DNA of 64,000 nucleotides from Eledone cirrhosa (taxonomy: Eukaryota), in assembly GCA_964016885.1 (NCBI GenBank), contig OZ024753.1:44392001-44456000 (forward strand), in the 5' to 3' direction. The position numbers and the translations under genes were made by a program. The notes below the pieces were generated by a model. The model was not told the origin of the DNA. It ran no database searches and worked only from the letters and a program-made list of their open reading frames with translations. Position 1 is the first letter of the stretch; each line of letters begins with the position of its first letter. Positions 1 through 15,446 of the stretch are shown here, piece by piece.

Positions 1-144
1 AGTAACATCTAGAACAAGACCACTTTCTGCAGCTGCAACCTGGTGCAGTCTGCGACTAACCCAGGTTCTGCTGCATGTCGGGCTGTGGAGGCCAAAGTCA
101 CATTACGTAATGAAGGAGTAACCAATTGTCCTTGTTTTGTTATA

Positions 145-241
145 CTACACTCTGTCTAGCTCTACACCTCGATACCAATGTGAACCTAGACATCGAGTGC
201 TCACCCAGGTGAACCTACAGTAACTCTGTGTTACGCTCCTT

Positions 242-243
<2 letters not shown>
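145..243 (+). mobile_element. Short repeat ending in (TA)n (second copy 40524-40622)
   Basis: tacactctgtctagctct...gagtgctcacc...gttacgctcc then (TA)n; the two copies align over ~95 bp. Confidence 0.5.
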
Positions 244-320
<77 letters not shown>

Positions 321-455
321 TATGTGTAAGTGTGTTTGCGTCTATATACATACATATATATATATAGAGATATATATATATATATATGTGTGTGTGAGTA
401 TATGTTCATGTGTGTGTGTGTGTATATGCATATACACATATATATATATATATAT

Positions 456-486
<31 letters not shown>

Positions 487-583
487 TGTGTAAGTGTGTT
501 TGCGTCTATATACATATATATAGATATATATATATATGTGTGTGAGTATATGTTCATGTGTGTGTGTGTATATATATGCATAT

Positions 584-630
<47 letters not shown>

Positions 631-790
631 TAGATAGATAGATATGTGTAAGTGTGTTTGCGTCTATATACATATATATAGATATATATATATATATGTG
701 TGTGTGTGAGTATATGTTCATGTGTGTGTGTCTATATGCATATGCACACATATATATATATATATAGAGAGAGATAGATTGATATGTAAA
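244..790 (+). repeat. Compound microsatellite with ~160-bp higher-order triplication
   Basis: agatatgtgtaagtgtgtttgcgtctatataca...gagtatatgttcatgtg occurs three times. Confidence 0.85.
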
Positions 791-1343
791 TGTGTATGTA
801 TATAGATTAAGAAAAGTACACAGTAGAAAAAGCAATCAGTAAACAGATCAAGTGTCATTTAAACAGCAATTTTTGTTTTCAATGGTCAAACAAATGCAGA
901 AGATAGGCTTAAAAAATCTCTTTGATTCTCTATATATTCACACAACGGTTTCCCAACCTTTTAACCTCGTACATACTCTTACTGCATTGTTCCAATAAAG
1001 TAAAATATTTGACTCATCTTTGCCACCTTCAAGCCAAACGTAATTTTCTTTTTATTGAAACAAAAAAAATAAAATAAAATAAATGGAGGTTATTTTTTCA
1101 CAGGCAATCAATTCTTTAAGATCACCTTTAAATACTTTCTGTTCATTAATGTTGGCTAGTTTTATTGGAAAATGTTCAGCACCAATTCCAGCACAATTTT
1201 CTGCTTCTTTTCTTTTCATTTACATCATTATGTTTTGGCCCACGACTTGAAATTTTCAAAATTAATCATTGCTAACTGTAAATGGTTGACTTTCCATCTG
1301 TATCTACTCTAAGTTTCTCACTCTTTCTTTCTCTCTCCTCTGG

Positions 1344-1415
<72 letters not shown>

Positions 1416-1631
1416 CATTCTCATTTATGGTCCATTTTTCCATGCTAACATAGATATACTGTATATTGTATATATATATATATATCTATATATATATATG
1501 TATATATATATATTTATAATAGCATCATCATCATCACTTTAATGCCCGCTTTCCCTGATATAGTTATTTAAGTATATATGTTTGTAGAAAGTCATCAAAG
1601 ATGAAACAATGTGAAAGAACAATACCATCTT

Positions 1632-1668
<37 letters not shown>

Positions 1669-1846
1669 TTTAACGCTTTATACAATAGGGAAACAACCTT
1701 GAGGTTTTGGATGTTAGTCCTTTATTAGAGAGAATGAAAGATAGATGAGAGTAAGAAGAAAAAGAAATATATTATAAAGAGTCAGGACTCTCAGTATTGA
1801 GTACTCTGTTGAATAATGGTCAAACCAGTTTCAAACTAAATCCATC

Positions 1847-1962
<116 letters not shown>

Positions 1963-2098
1963 TGATTAGATATGCACTTACAATGTATGTATACATTCGT
2001 GAATACATTTTAAATGTACATATATATGTACACACAAGCAGGTGGATAGATAAAATGATAGATATAACTTTTATTTCTGAAGTCATAAAGAAGTATCT

Positions 2099-2200
<102 letters not shown>

Positions 2201-3307
2201 AACAATATATAATTATCTGTTCTATTTTATTCTTCTAAAGAATTTCTAGTGGTATGTATGAACATTGTGAAATTATTTACTCCATTAAGATAAGAAAACT
2301 GCTTCGGTAGGAAATTAACGACATCACTCATTAAAATTGTTATGATTAGAATGTACCAGAAGTGAATTAATGACAAATTTCAGTTTTGTCCAATGACATC
2401 ATCCTCTGAGAAATATTGAAGCATAACAGAAAACAGATTTTATCAAGTCAACATCAAACGTCAGAAAAGATGGCAGTTTTCTTTATATTTTTCAAACCCC
2501 AGAATTACTGTAATAAATCATTAAATTGGTCTTTGTATTTATTAACAACCAGCAACACTCTGTCATTGATTTGGTTAGTCAATTCATTTTATCTCAACTT
2601 CAACAGAAGACAAAAGGGAAAATAGCCTGCAATTTGTAAGAAAATTGAACGTACCATGTTTCTAATAAATTGACTGTTCATCTGACCTGGAACTTCAATT
2701 CAAAGCTTATAAATCAATATCTTCTGCTTTAAAATATGTATAAACAACTTATTACTGTTCACAATACTTAATTTGATGCATATTTACCTATCAGTAAAAA
2801 CATATCTAATTGGAAGTTAAATCGCGTATCATCTCAAAGTTACAAAATGTCATCATTAAATCAAAGTTAGAAGTTTATTATTTTACCAATCACAAACTTC
2901 GATACACCAAAGGCTGTCCACTGGTGATTTAGCATCCTAGGCTAGCCATATAATGTGTCTGGTACTATATGCTTCCATGTTGAGAGGAGATCTGATCTTA
3001 AGTGCGAGCATCTTTGAAATATTTCATTTCATTTCATTTCATTTTTATTTATTTTCGTATTTAGGTATTTATCAGAGGATTTCTAATTGAGTATGGTAAC
3101 TGAAAAATAAAGGGATAAGGGATACCACAAATTATTAAATCAAATATTCTAGAGAAGGGTTGCTCTTCTATTGAAAGTTCAAAGAAGTGTTCATATAGCC
3201 ACACATCTCTCCATCTCAACTTTCAAAATTATGAAACTTGTGAAACTGGTAAAGTTATAAGTTATTGTAAATACACCTACTTAAAATATATATATATATA
3301 TATATAT

Positions 3308-3364
<57 letters not shown>

Positions 3365-3369
<5 letters not shown>

Positions 3370-3452
3370 AAAGAAGTTGAATATGTATAGGAAAGAAGTT
3401 GAATATGTATAGGAAAGAAGTTGAATATATATAGGAAAGAAGTTGAATATAT
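3365..3452 (+). repeat. 22-bp tandem repeat (~3.5 units)
   Basis: ataggaaagaagttgaatat(g/a)t repeated. Confidence 0.85.
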
Positions 3453-5302
3453 ATTCCTCCATATATTTATTGTTTGTGCTATTACATACTTTTGATTACA
3501 CAACATGAATTCTTGTAAAGTTTCTTTTGTTGCTGGAGTCATGTAGTGTGTGAGGGATTCTTTGGTCGTAATTTTTGTACTGAATGACTCCAACCTTTCA
3601 TGTAAGGAAGGTAACCAAGAGAAATGTCAGATGTATCTAAGGGTCTTCTCACAACTATTATTATTATTATTATGCAATGTTCTTTTCATTCCTATGTTAT
3701 TGTGAACTATGAATTTCAAAAGAAGTATTAACCTTACTTTTACTATACCCCCAACTTCTAAGAATAAGTTATTGATTTTTTTTCTCCTTTTGTCTTTCAT
3801 GAATTCTTTTGAGTCTTTTACATGCTAGAGTGAAGAAATCAACAGAAATTGTCAACATTTTTGATGTTTTAAAATTCATATACCTCATTTTATTAAGATT
3901 AAATTTTCATTTTATTGACTAAGATTTGGAAAAATATCTAATGAGAAGTATTTTCCACAAGATCACTTGCCTATATTTCCTTTATACTTTAAAGAAAGGT
4001 ATCGGGTTTCTTGCTGAAAGGAATTATTCTATCATATTTGCTAGAAATTAATTTTAAAGTTGAATAAATATCAGGTATTGTTTTCTTCCCTGGTTTTCTC
4101 TATATTCTATTAACATAGTAAAAACAGTCTGCACCTGAACACACAACAAAATAAAATAATACAATATAATATAATATTTTATGGAAAAAAAAGTTATAAA
4201 AACAAAATAAAACAAAATAATATAAAATAAATAAATAAATATATATAAAATAAATAAATAAGATCCTGCTTCTGCCAAGCTTCACTTAATAAACAATGTT
4301 ATCCTTCCAGTAATCTGTAGAGACTGTGATAATGTTTTATAAATCTGTAAAATAAAAGAAACGAATGAAGAAAAAGACAAATGATTCCAAGTAGAAATCT
4401 CAAGGAGAATGAGAAATCAATGAATAAAAATGATTTTGCTTGTTTTCATTTTTTCTGAATTAGATGTGTGAACAGTTATCACAGAACGAGGAGAATGTGT
4501 TCATATTTTTATTCATTCCATGAACAAGTGGTTATTTTATTTTATTTTTTATTTTATTTTTTTAAATTTTTATTCTTTATTTTTTATTTTTTATTTTTTG
4601 TTCTTTATTTTTTATTTTCTAATTTGCAGAATACACATGTATTTCTAGATAAAGAAAAGTAAATTAAATGAAAATAACCCACCAAAAATATCACAGAATG
4701 TTAAATTGAAATTATAAACTACTGGTAAAAGATGTTTAAGCACAGAAATAATTGGTGAAAAAGGATTTCATTAAATATAAAAAAAAATATTTAAGAAAGA
4801 AAGAAGGAGAGAAAGAAAGAAAATGGTTTCACAACAGACATATGAAAGCCAAAGAATCAGCAGAAAGATTCTTCATGAGAGAGGCATTTAGTGCAGAGTC
4901 TGGGAAACTCTCAAAGAAGAAACAATATTGTTCTCATTGATATCAATTTTTGATGAATTCCAATGAAATTCTGCCACAATCGAATATAATTGTCTACAAT
5001 TATTTTTAATATATTTTCCCATGATAACCACCGTAGTGCTGGTGTTACAATAAAATGCACCAAGAGCATTCTATAAAGTGTGAGAATGTATGTAACCAAG
5101 ATGTGCTCCTTCCCACCCTCCTTGTCTGCCAGAAAGTTCATTAGCTCTGATTAAGTACTGATTTGGTCTGTGATACCTTATACATGCATTGCTATCAAGA
5201 AATAATAAATGGATGTTAATGGTAATGTTCACCAGCAAGGAAAAGCTGGAGATATCGTAGCTTCAGTACATTTTGGCCTTGAGCCTAAATCAGAAACCAT
5301 TA

Positions 5303-5732
5303 GGATTGGCAGAATCGGTAGAGGGTTGGACACCATGCTTTGACGCATAGAGTTACACCCCTTTCCATTCTGAGTTCAAATCACGCCGAGGTTAACTTTG
5401 CCTTTCATCCTTACGGGGTTGATAAAATAAAAGTACCAGTAATACACTGAGTAATTGCTGGCCTTGTGCCTAAAGTAGAAACAATTATTATTATTATTAT
5501 TATTATTATTGTGGTGGATTGGCAGTATTGATAGAGTGTTGGATAACATGCTTCATAGCATAGAGTTATGGCTCTTTATGCTCTGAGTTCATATCTCGCC
5601 GAAGTTAGCTTTGCCTTTCATCCTTACGGGGTCGATAAAATAAAGTACCAGTCACACACTGGGGTCGATTTAATCGACTTTTCCCTCCCCATCAAACTGC
5701 TGGCCTTAGTGCCTAAAGTAGAAATCATTATT
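5303..5732 (+). mobile_element. Two tandem tRNA-derived SINEs (family A, (ATT)n tail)
   Basis: Head ggattggcag..tcggtagag, B box gagttcaaatc, body gcctttcatccttacggggtcgataaaataaagtaccagt, tail ccttgtgcctaaagtagaaac(ATT)n; copies 5303-5510 and 5511-5732. Confidence 0.8.
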
Positions 5733-6400
5733 ATTGTCCCCTACATGTCGGCCTTTGTAGCCAATAAATGAAATCATTATTATTATTATTAGTAGTAGTA
5801 GTAGTAGTAGTAAATATAACAAGAGATAAGCATTTTTCCCAGCAATATTCCTCTTCTTATTAGTGAGATAATTTAACCAGTTTTAAATTGGATTTAGCAG
5901 CTGCTACTGGGAAGAAAGTCAGTTTGAAGAGAATTTGAACTTAACTGGTCTTGTCAGCCATTGTCAAGTTTCATTGCTACAAGTTGATATCTTGAGAGAA
6001 AGAGATAGGAAAAAAACTAAACTGTACAATTTGCCTGCCAAATGTATTTGGTGCTATTTTAGTTGTCAATGTAGAGCTGATAAGAAACCAAACTACTAAA
6101 CAAAGTGTTGGTATTTCATATCCTACCATGAACACTGTTGTGTGTTTATAGAGAATTAACTCTATTCTGCTTAATATTTAGAATATGGTAGAATGAGAGA
6201 GGGAATGTGGCTTTTGTTTTTTCTTTTCCAAGCTCTGAGGCACTTCAGTCTGGTACTTATCCCAATTTTTATTAACTGAAGCCCTTTAGTATTTACATTA
6301 CTTTATATTTACTATTTTATTGTCATGGTAAACACTTTATCTCACATAATATTGAATCTATAAGATTTTGATATTATATATTTTGAGAACAATACCTTAA

Positions 6401-6620
6401 CCCTTTAATGTTCAAACCAGCCAAAACCGGCCAGAATTCTCTACCTTTTTCTGTTGAAACTGGCTGTAACTGGTCACTCAAACTGGTGTTAAGGTATTGT
6501 TCTCAAAATAAATACTTTCAAAATCTCATAGATTCGATATTATGTGAGATAATTATGTGAGGTAAAGCATTTACCATGAAAATATAATAGTATATATAGA
6601 GTAATGTGAATGCTAAAGGG
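6401..6620 (+). mobile_element. piggyBac-type MITE nested in an older opposite-orientation copy (6282-~6704)
   Basis: TTAA-CCCTTTAATG...TGCTAAAGGG-TTAA; the flanks rejoin to match the intact copy at 44831-45044. Confidence 0.8.
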
Positions 6621-8819
6621 TTAATATAAGTATGAGTAGCAGGCTATGGACGGTTTGAGCAGAAAGAGGTGAGAGAATTCTGACCGGATATTGATGGTTT
6701 CAAAGCAGTCCATTGCCGAGTTAGTTCCCAACAACTCCAGTACTCATTTTCTGCTGAGTGTACTGGAACAACTTGAAATGAAGTGGTTTGCTCAAAAATA
6801 CAATGTGTACCCCAGTCGAGGGTCCAGGAACCAAACCCATGACATTATGATAAGTCCAAACACGTTAACCATTATGCCACGTGTCTGCAATATGAAACTA
6901 TTTGAGAGAAGTACTGATTAAGAACCCTGCATCCATCTAATGGCAGCATGGGTCACCACTCTGTGATCTGCAGTAATTCTTTCCTCAGACATTCTAACAT
7001 GCCTGTAATATCAGAGCTGTGATCTCTCAAAATAAACAAAACATTATTTTATTAAATTCCTTTAAATTTGTGGTTATTTTCAACATTAAATGAAACACTT
7101 AAGCAGTGTATTTCATTAGAAATACAGTAATGAAATGGTTAAAGTCTATTTATTGATCAGTCCTGGATATATCTAAAAACGATCAATTGATTACAGTTGG
7201 AATAACCTTTGATCATATATTTAATAATTCAAGACTGCCTTAGAGCTAAACAACAATAACAACATACTATTTACTTTCAACACTCTTATATCTAAGTTCA
7301 AAGCTATTGAAGTTTGACTTCTACTTCACTCATTGCTATTTGTGGTGATGAAACAAGGCTCAGCAATCCTTAGAAATATAACCAACATTTCAAATAAAAG
7401 ACTTTGGAAAATGAAATATATCAATTTTGTTTACAGATACTCAATACTATAATATTCTCTGATGCCAACAGTAACCATATTCCTGGGGACAATTGATGCA
7501 ACTGAATGTTGTAAGGGTTCAATAGAATATTATCATCATCATCCTCATGACCAATATCATTGTTATCATCACCATCATCATCACCAATATCCTTGCTATC
7601 ATCACCATCACCATCATCATCATCACCAATATCATTGCCATCACCACCAGCACCAATTCTGCCATAGAAATGTCACCGCAGCAGTTATCATAATCAAATA
7701 CATTAAAGTGTATTTGTTTTATGTGGTTTACAAGTTGATGTTAAAGTGTAGAAGAGAAAAATTTGTTTTGATGAAAAGCAAAATGTTCTTAATCTGAAAC
7801 TATTAGATTTGCTGTAAAACTTGACTAACACTAAATTTATACAAAACTACATCTACAGTATATATATATACTGTAGATGTAGTTCTGTATAAATATATAT
7901 ATATATGTATATATATTATATTGATTTTTTTTTTTTTTTTTTTTTTAGGTTCAGAAGATCCCATTAAGGGCAAAAGCAGCGATTCTTTGCTTAAACTTTA
8001 ATTCGTTATTTTAATGAATATTTGCTCTACGGTTTTATATATATTTATAAATATATATTATCCTTGTTAAACCCTCTTCGGATTTTAGTCTTCACATTTA
8101 TTCTTATTTCTATATATATATATATATATATAAGTATTAATATGAAATGTAAATTGCTAACATGTTTAGGTTTGGGTCCCAACCCCAAGCTGTCTTATTA
8201 TGGATGCAAATATATACATACATAATTACAAAATCGGATTAAATCAAGAACACAGAGACAGAGAGAGAGAGAGAGAGAGATAGATAGATAGAGAGAGAGA
8301 GAGAGATAGCACCAGAAAAAGATAGAGAAACATAAGCAAAACCCATGTTACAAATAAAAATATTATTGTAGAGGGTTAATAATTGCCATAATAAAAAACA
8401 CCAAACAAAATCCAATCCCATCTGGTAGAAATGATATTTCCAAAGAGACCAAGCCTAGTTGCTGTAAAGAGTTGAACATTAGAAATATTGATTTGTAAAG
8501 ATAGAAGTTTTTTTTTGTTTAAGTTGAACAAAAGAAATTCATTACTTTTCATTTGAAACAAATCAGGCTCATGCTGTTATTATTTCTATAGTTTTATGAT
8601 AATTTGCCTCACGTTTAAATTTTCCATTTACAGTTATCTCTTGTCAGCAGGTAAAAGATGGGCTGGAGGTTTATAAATAAAGATATATATATATGTATAT
8701 AATATAATATATATATTCACATATATATATATATATATAATATAATATATATATTCACATATATATATATATATATATAATATAATATATATATATATAT
8801 ATAATATAATATACATATT

Positions 8820-8854
<35 letters not shown>

Positions 8855-8936
8855 ATATATATATTCACATATATATATATATATATAATATAATATATAT
8901 ATTCACACATATATATATACTTATACATTTATATAT

Positions 8937-8975
<39 letters not shown>

Positions 8976-9162
8976 CGTTATTCCGGGTTGAATCGGAGGT
9001 AACCACAGTAAGTAAGGTACTCAATACATTGCAGAGTATAACAGTTTTAATATAGATGAGATTCTACAGGACTAGAACTGTTTCATTCATTAGAAATATT
9101 CCTGATGATTTCTAATGAATGAAACAGTTCTAGTCCTGTAGAATCTCATCTATATTAAAACT
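8976..9162. mobile_element. (TA)n-flanked hammerhead element with 55-bp inverted arms
   Basis: Arms 9043-9097 and 9108-9162 are reverse complements; further fragments at 12837-12890 and 20345-20408. Confidence 0.65.
9098..9144 (+). ncRNA. Type I hammerhead ribozyme
   Basis: ATTC-CTGATGA-TTTC(taat)GAAT-GAA-ACAG(ttctagtc)CTGT-A^GAAT; stems I (4 bp), II (3 bp plus U.U) and III (4 bp); GUA triplet. Confidence 0.7.
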
Positions 9163-9475
9163 ATATATATATATATATATACTTATACATACATATATAT
9201 TAGTATATAAATGTGTGTATATATGTATCATCATCATCATGCTCGTTGGAAAACGGACGTTAAGCGAGGATTATGATGATGATGATACATATATACACAC
9301 ATTTATATACTAATATATATGTATGTATATTTACATATATATATGTATGTATATATATATGTATGTATATTTATATATATATTTATATATATCTATGTAT
9401 ATTTATATATATATTTATATATATATATGTATATTTATATATATATTTATATATATATATGTATATATATTTATG

Positions 9476-9511
<36 letters not shown>

Positions 9512-9525
9512 TATAAATGTACATA

Positions 9526-9581
<56 letters not shown>

Positions 9582-10249
9582 TACATACATAAATCCGCAC
9601 ACACGCACATACATACATAAATACGCACACACATACATACATAAATACGCACATACATACTTACATACATATACACTATTACTGACACTAAATCTTAATC
9701 AATTTCTAGTTTGTAGCCCCAAGTAAAATAGCGAATATTTTTTCTAGCTGTTTTTTTCTACAGTGAATCTGTAGAAGAGAGCTCTTGGCATTTGGTTATT
9801 CCAACCAATATAGCATAATTTTATTTATAATTTTATATATTCATTGAATTCTTCACTTCGCTTCCTTTTCTATGTAATTATAGACTATTTATTATTCTTT
9901 ACTTTGCTTTGATTTTTGTCATCTGTTTTGGGTTGTATAGGTATCTATGTGTGAATATATATATGTGTGTATATATGTGTGTGTATATATATATATCTAT
10001 TTGTGTGTATATATATGTGTATATATATATGTGTATATGTATCTGTTTGTGAATATATATATCTGTGTATATATGTGTGTATATGTATATATATTTATAT
10101 ATATATATATATCAATATATATATATATATACACACATGCACACACATGTATGTATATATATGTACATATATATATACATATATATGTACGTATATATAT
10201 ATATAAACGTACATATATATATATACGTACATATATATACACACACACA

Positions 10250-10316
<67 letters not shown>

Positions 10317-10321
10317 TTTAA

Positions 10322-10580
10322 TTGTGGTTGGTGTTAGGAAGGGCATCCAGCTGTAGAAAACCTGCCAGACAGTCCACGCTGTAATGTGGCCGTGTAGGCA
10401 ACATGGTAAAAACCTCCCAGCCCCACACTGTAAATGTGGTTGGTGTTAGGAAGGGCATCCAACTGTAGAAAACCCGCCAGACAGTCCTATGCGAGCAAGA
10501 CAACCACTCTCCGTCCAAACCCATGCAAGCATGGAACACGGACGTTAAACGATGATGATGATGATGATGATGATGATGAT
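10322..10580 (+). mobile_element. RTE 3' UTR / SINE tail with internal duplication
   Basis: Two copies of gtggttggtgttaggaagggcatccagctgtagaaaacc, then ccatgcaagcatggaacacggacgttaaac(GAT)n. Similar tails at ~20091-20335, 25305-25585, 43590-43650, 54538-54620 and 57675-57770. Confidence 0.6.
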
Positions 10581-10701
10581 ATATACATACACACACACGC
10601 ATATATATATATATGTGCATATATAAGTATTTGAAATTTTGTTTTTAAATAATTCAATTTTTTTTGTTCTTTGAAAATTTAATGTTCATTTCAAATATTT
10701 C

Positions 10702-10732
<31 letters not shown>

Positions 10733-10865
10733 CACGCACATATACATACATACACATGCAAACAAAGAAATATATACACATGTATGCTTACATGCATAGT
10801 CACAGACACATAAGTATCTATCTCACTATATATATACACAGAAATATACGTACATATATACACGA

Positions 10866-10896
<31 letters not shown>

Positions 10897-11418
10897 AATA
10901 TACGTACATATATACACGAATATATGTATATATATATATATACACACAAATATACGTATATATATATATATACATAAATGGGGGGTGTTTGCATATGCAA
11001 CTTTCGTATGTATTTATGCGTTTATATGTATATATGGCTATATGGAAATTCTATTATTTTTGCATAAATTGGAATAATTGAAATAATTTTAAACTTTGAC
11101 AGATGCTGAGTATTACATTTAGCAATGTACATTTGCATTGATCAATGCCAAATTCTAATTACCATTTCTCACAAGTACATTTCAATGGATTCCATACTAT
11201 TGTAGAATACGAGAACTTGATGGAAATTTCATCTTTGAAGTTAAACACAAAATGATAATACAAAAATAGATGAAATATGTAAGCAAATAAATAAATACTA
11301 AATGGATACATATATAAATAAATATGTAAATAAGACCATTATTGATTCAATCAGTCCCCAAAACACTGAGCAATCATCCTAAACCAAATGGAAGCCTGCA
11401 CCAATGATTCTTCCTTAA

Positions 11419-11638
11419 CCCTTTAGCATTTAAACTGTCTGTATCCGGCCAGAATTTTCTCACTCTTTCTGTTCAAACCAGCTTGAACCGGCTGCTCACA
11501 TTTATGTTAACGTATTGTTCTTAAAATAAATGATATCAAAATCTCATAGATGCGATAGTATGTGAGATGATTATGTGAAATAAAGTGTTTACTGCAAAAA
11601 TATAATAGTAAATATAGAGTAATGTAAATGCTAAAGGG
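11419..11638 (+). mobile_element. piggyBac-type MITE
   Basis: TTAA target duplication on both sides; TIR CCCTTTAGCATTTA / TAAATGCTAAAGGG. Confidence 0.85.
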
Positions 11639-12551
11639 TTAAGAAACCCACAACCCGCCCTCCAAATCTGACAAACTGAACATGGACCACAACCACCACC
11701 AAATGAGAAAGACAGACATTATCAGGCTGTAGCTGTCACATTAAGTAGTTTCTATACAGTAAAGCTAACAAAACTATTATTATCTGCAGTGACTGCTACC
11801 CCATTATGTAATAAATAATACTAGGAAACACTTTTGGTGACTTAGATGTTAGTGCTTTTCCAACTATATTCAAGTCAGTGATTCTAAAACTGACATTAGA
11901 TTTTCTCCATCAGCTCTGCTTATCAAGAAATAATATATGTATAACAACAGCAACAAAACTGGAATTCCAATGAAAGTTCGAAGAGGGGTAGGACAAGTTC
12001 CTCACAATTTAATGGATATATGTTTGATAATGACTAAAGAAAACATGGAAGAAAATTATTATAATTCATTTAAATAAAGATAAAATGAAATATGGGGAAT
12101 AGCCAATGTATCAAGAGGGAGAAGGTCAAGGATAATTGAGGGTTCAAGCATCTTTACATACAATGGTCTAATCAAAGAATTATTAAAGTAAATATTGTTT
12201 ACTATACACGCCATCATTTTTGACAGGTAGTAGGCTAGTATATATATATATATATTATTGAATAAAGTGACAGTAAACAACCAAGTTTGGTGAATATACA
12301 TATATGTGTGTGTGTATGTATTTATATATGCAAATAAATAACTAAATGAAGATGAGGAGGAAATAATTTGATCAACAGTGTTGATATCCCAATAGAATTT
12401 ATTGTTGAAATTGAAATTAATTTTGTAGGGTCAGAAGAAGAGTAGACATAATTTTCAAATGTTTCTCCCATGAATAGATAACATATGAGAACATAACTTT
12501 ACTGATGATTGAATTATTATTCTGACAAACATCTGACTCTCACTCTTGGCT

Positions 12552-12552
12552 T

Positions 12553-12608
<56 letters not shown>

Positions 12609-12681
12609 TGTGTGTGTTTATAGATATTCATGAATACATATATACATGTGTATGTGTGATTCTATATTATATAAATACATA

Positions 12682-12724
<43 letters not shown>

Positions 12725-12797
12725 GCGTGTGTGTGTTTATAGATATTCATGAATACATATATACATGTGTATGTGTGATTCTATATTATATAAATAC

Positions 12798-12839
<42 letters not shown>

Positions 12840-12958
12840 TTAATATAGATGAGATTCTACAGGACTAGAACTGTTTCATTCTTTAGAAATATATATATAT
12901 ATATACATATGTATATATATATATATATATATACATATGTATATATATATATATATAC

Positions 12959-12996
<38 letters not shown>

Positions 12997-13085
12997 GTAT
13001 ATATATATATATACATATGTATATATATATATATATATACATATGTATATATACATATGTATATATATATATATATATACATATG

Positions 13086-13127
<42 letters not shown>

Positions 13128-13398
13128 TATACATATGTATATATATATATATATACATATGTATATATATATATACATATGTATATATATATATATATAT
13201 ACATATGTATATATATATATATATACATATGTATATATATATATATACATATGTATATATATATATACATATGTATATATATATATATATACATATGTAT
13301 ATATATATATATATACATATGTATATATATATATATACATATGTATATATATATATATATATATATACATATGTATATATATATATATATATATATAC

Positions 13399-13436
<38 letters not shown>

Positions 13437-13580
13437 GTATATATATATATATATATATACATATGTATATATATATATATATATGTATACTGATCCCGCT
13501 GCTGCAGACAATGGTGCTGTTGCTGTTATTGCGAGCATGGAAGAGCGGACGTAAAATGATGATAATGATATATATATATA

Positions 13581-13628
<48 letters not shown>

Positions 13629-13642
13629 GATATATATATATA

Positions 13643-13711
<69 letters not shown>

Positions 13712-13810
13712 ATGTATATAAGTACATATATATATATATGTGTGTGGATATATATATATATATATGTATATATACACACACACACATACATACATACATA
13801 TATACATACA
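12552..13810. repeat. (TA)n tract punctuated by CATATG, with a ~124-bp duplication at its start
   Basis: Directly visible. Confidence 0.9.
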
Positions 13811-14264
13811 CTCACTAATAAATTAGTTCATTGCTCTATCTGCTTCCAATTTTCTACTCTATTTCCAGACTGGTTTTCTTCCTAAATAAGATATTATTAT
13901 TTATTGTTGGCTCATGAACAAATCTTTAAATTACTTTACATATATTTTATTTAATGTTCGTTCTTCTTAAAATTTGATTTTCTTTTCACCTTTCACCTTA
14001 ACTATTTTTATACATATATTTTTCTATCGTGTTCACATCATAGTTCTATTTTTCATAATTTCAATAAAAACAATTACGTAAGCTATCTAGCTTCCACAAG
14101 CATCACAGTGTGTTGTTTATGGCTGGTTCTGTTGTTTTGTTGTTGTTCTAGGAATCTTCTTTGTACAAGTTAGCAGATATTCAGAATGATTTTCATCTGA
14201 TTGAAACAAAATGAGAGTTGGTTGTTAGATCAGACCAATGAATCAGTGCCTCCCTTGGTCTTTA

Positions 14265-14635
14265 CATTCCTGATACTCTCTGTTAGTCTTTGTATTCCTG
14301 ATACTCTCTGTTAGTCTTTGTATTCCTGATACTCTCTGTTAGTCTTTTTATTCCTGATACTCTCTGTTCATCTTTCTATTGCTATTTAAATTAAAATCTT
14401 CCAACATAATATTATATAAGAACCATATGGGAAGCCAAAACTGGCTCTTGTTCTATGAAACAAAACTAATTTTAGAGGATCCCTATTTAAATTAAAATAT
14501 TCCAACATAATATTATACAGCAACCATATGTCAGGCCAAAACTGGTTCTTGTCTATGAAACAAATTAACTAATTTTAGAGGATCTCTATTTAAATTAAAA
14601 TCTTTTGACATAATATTATACAAGAACCATATGTT
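14265..14635 (+). repeat. 26-bp tandem (x4) followed by ~102-bp tandem (x2.5)
   Basis: attcctgatactctctgttagtcttt(gt) at 14265-14370; ctatttaaattaaaatcttccaacataatattat... at 14382, 14483 and 14586. Confidence 0.8.
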
Positions 14636-15350
14636 AAGTTGCTATCTTATTACTGAAATAATAATTTTAGTAAATCCCTCACAATCCCTCACTAATTAAT
14701 TGAAATAGAGTGTATTTCATTAGAAATAAAGTCATGAATAGCTTAAATGCATCTAATAGCTTGAGTTATTCTAATGGACATTACTTCAATCAAGTCACAA
14801 AGTGTGATCTTAATAAAGCAAACATCTATCAAAATAGAGAAAGTAGTACAGTGTATGTTCTTGCAAAATTCTGGGCCTTGTAGGACTGGAATTAATTATA
14901 CATAAATAGATTAACAATCTAAGACAATTTTCTTTAACGAAAGGCAATGGTGCATGATAATAGCTTAATAACACTGGAGATTACCTTTAACTGCTTCACA
15001 AATTCCACAGTTTCATTGCTTTAATGAAGAACTAATGTTAAACAAAGAGAAAAATAATGAATGCATATTAGAAATCTATTATTTATCTGAACTGTCTTTT
15101 AAAATCAGACACAAACCTAACGGGTCTTTAATATTCTTTAACCAACAATTACTATAAGGTTTATGTCAGACCAATTTGCATCTCATTTTTCTTTTTCTGC
15201 TCAATCGATTTCACTTAAAAAGCTTCTCTTTCATATAATCACATTAACACTTTAACTACCTTTTTGCTGTCATATAAACATCATAAATACCGTCACATTG
15301 TAACATTGCAAACATCATAAGAAGTATTGATCAATATACATACATATTTA

Positions 15351-15382
<32 letters not shown>

Positions 15383-15388
15383 CATATA

Positions 15389-15446
<58 letters not shown>

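Noticed and set aside
4911-5300. Moderately complex ORFs and possible exons (also 1-120, 55257-55439, 58803-59018)
   Set aside because: No recognisable protein motif or consistent splice-site pair.
7462-7797. His-rich 111-aa ORF
   Set aside because: (CAT/CAC)n microsatellite.
12849-13885. Long YI/IY-repeat ORFs (also 32701-33571, 53226-54171 and many others)
   Set aside because: Translations of (TA)n, which lacks stop codons.
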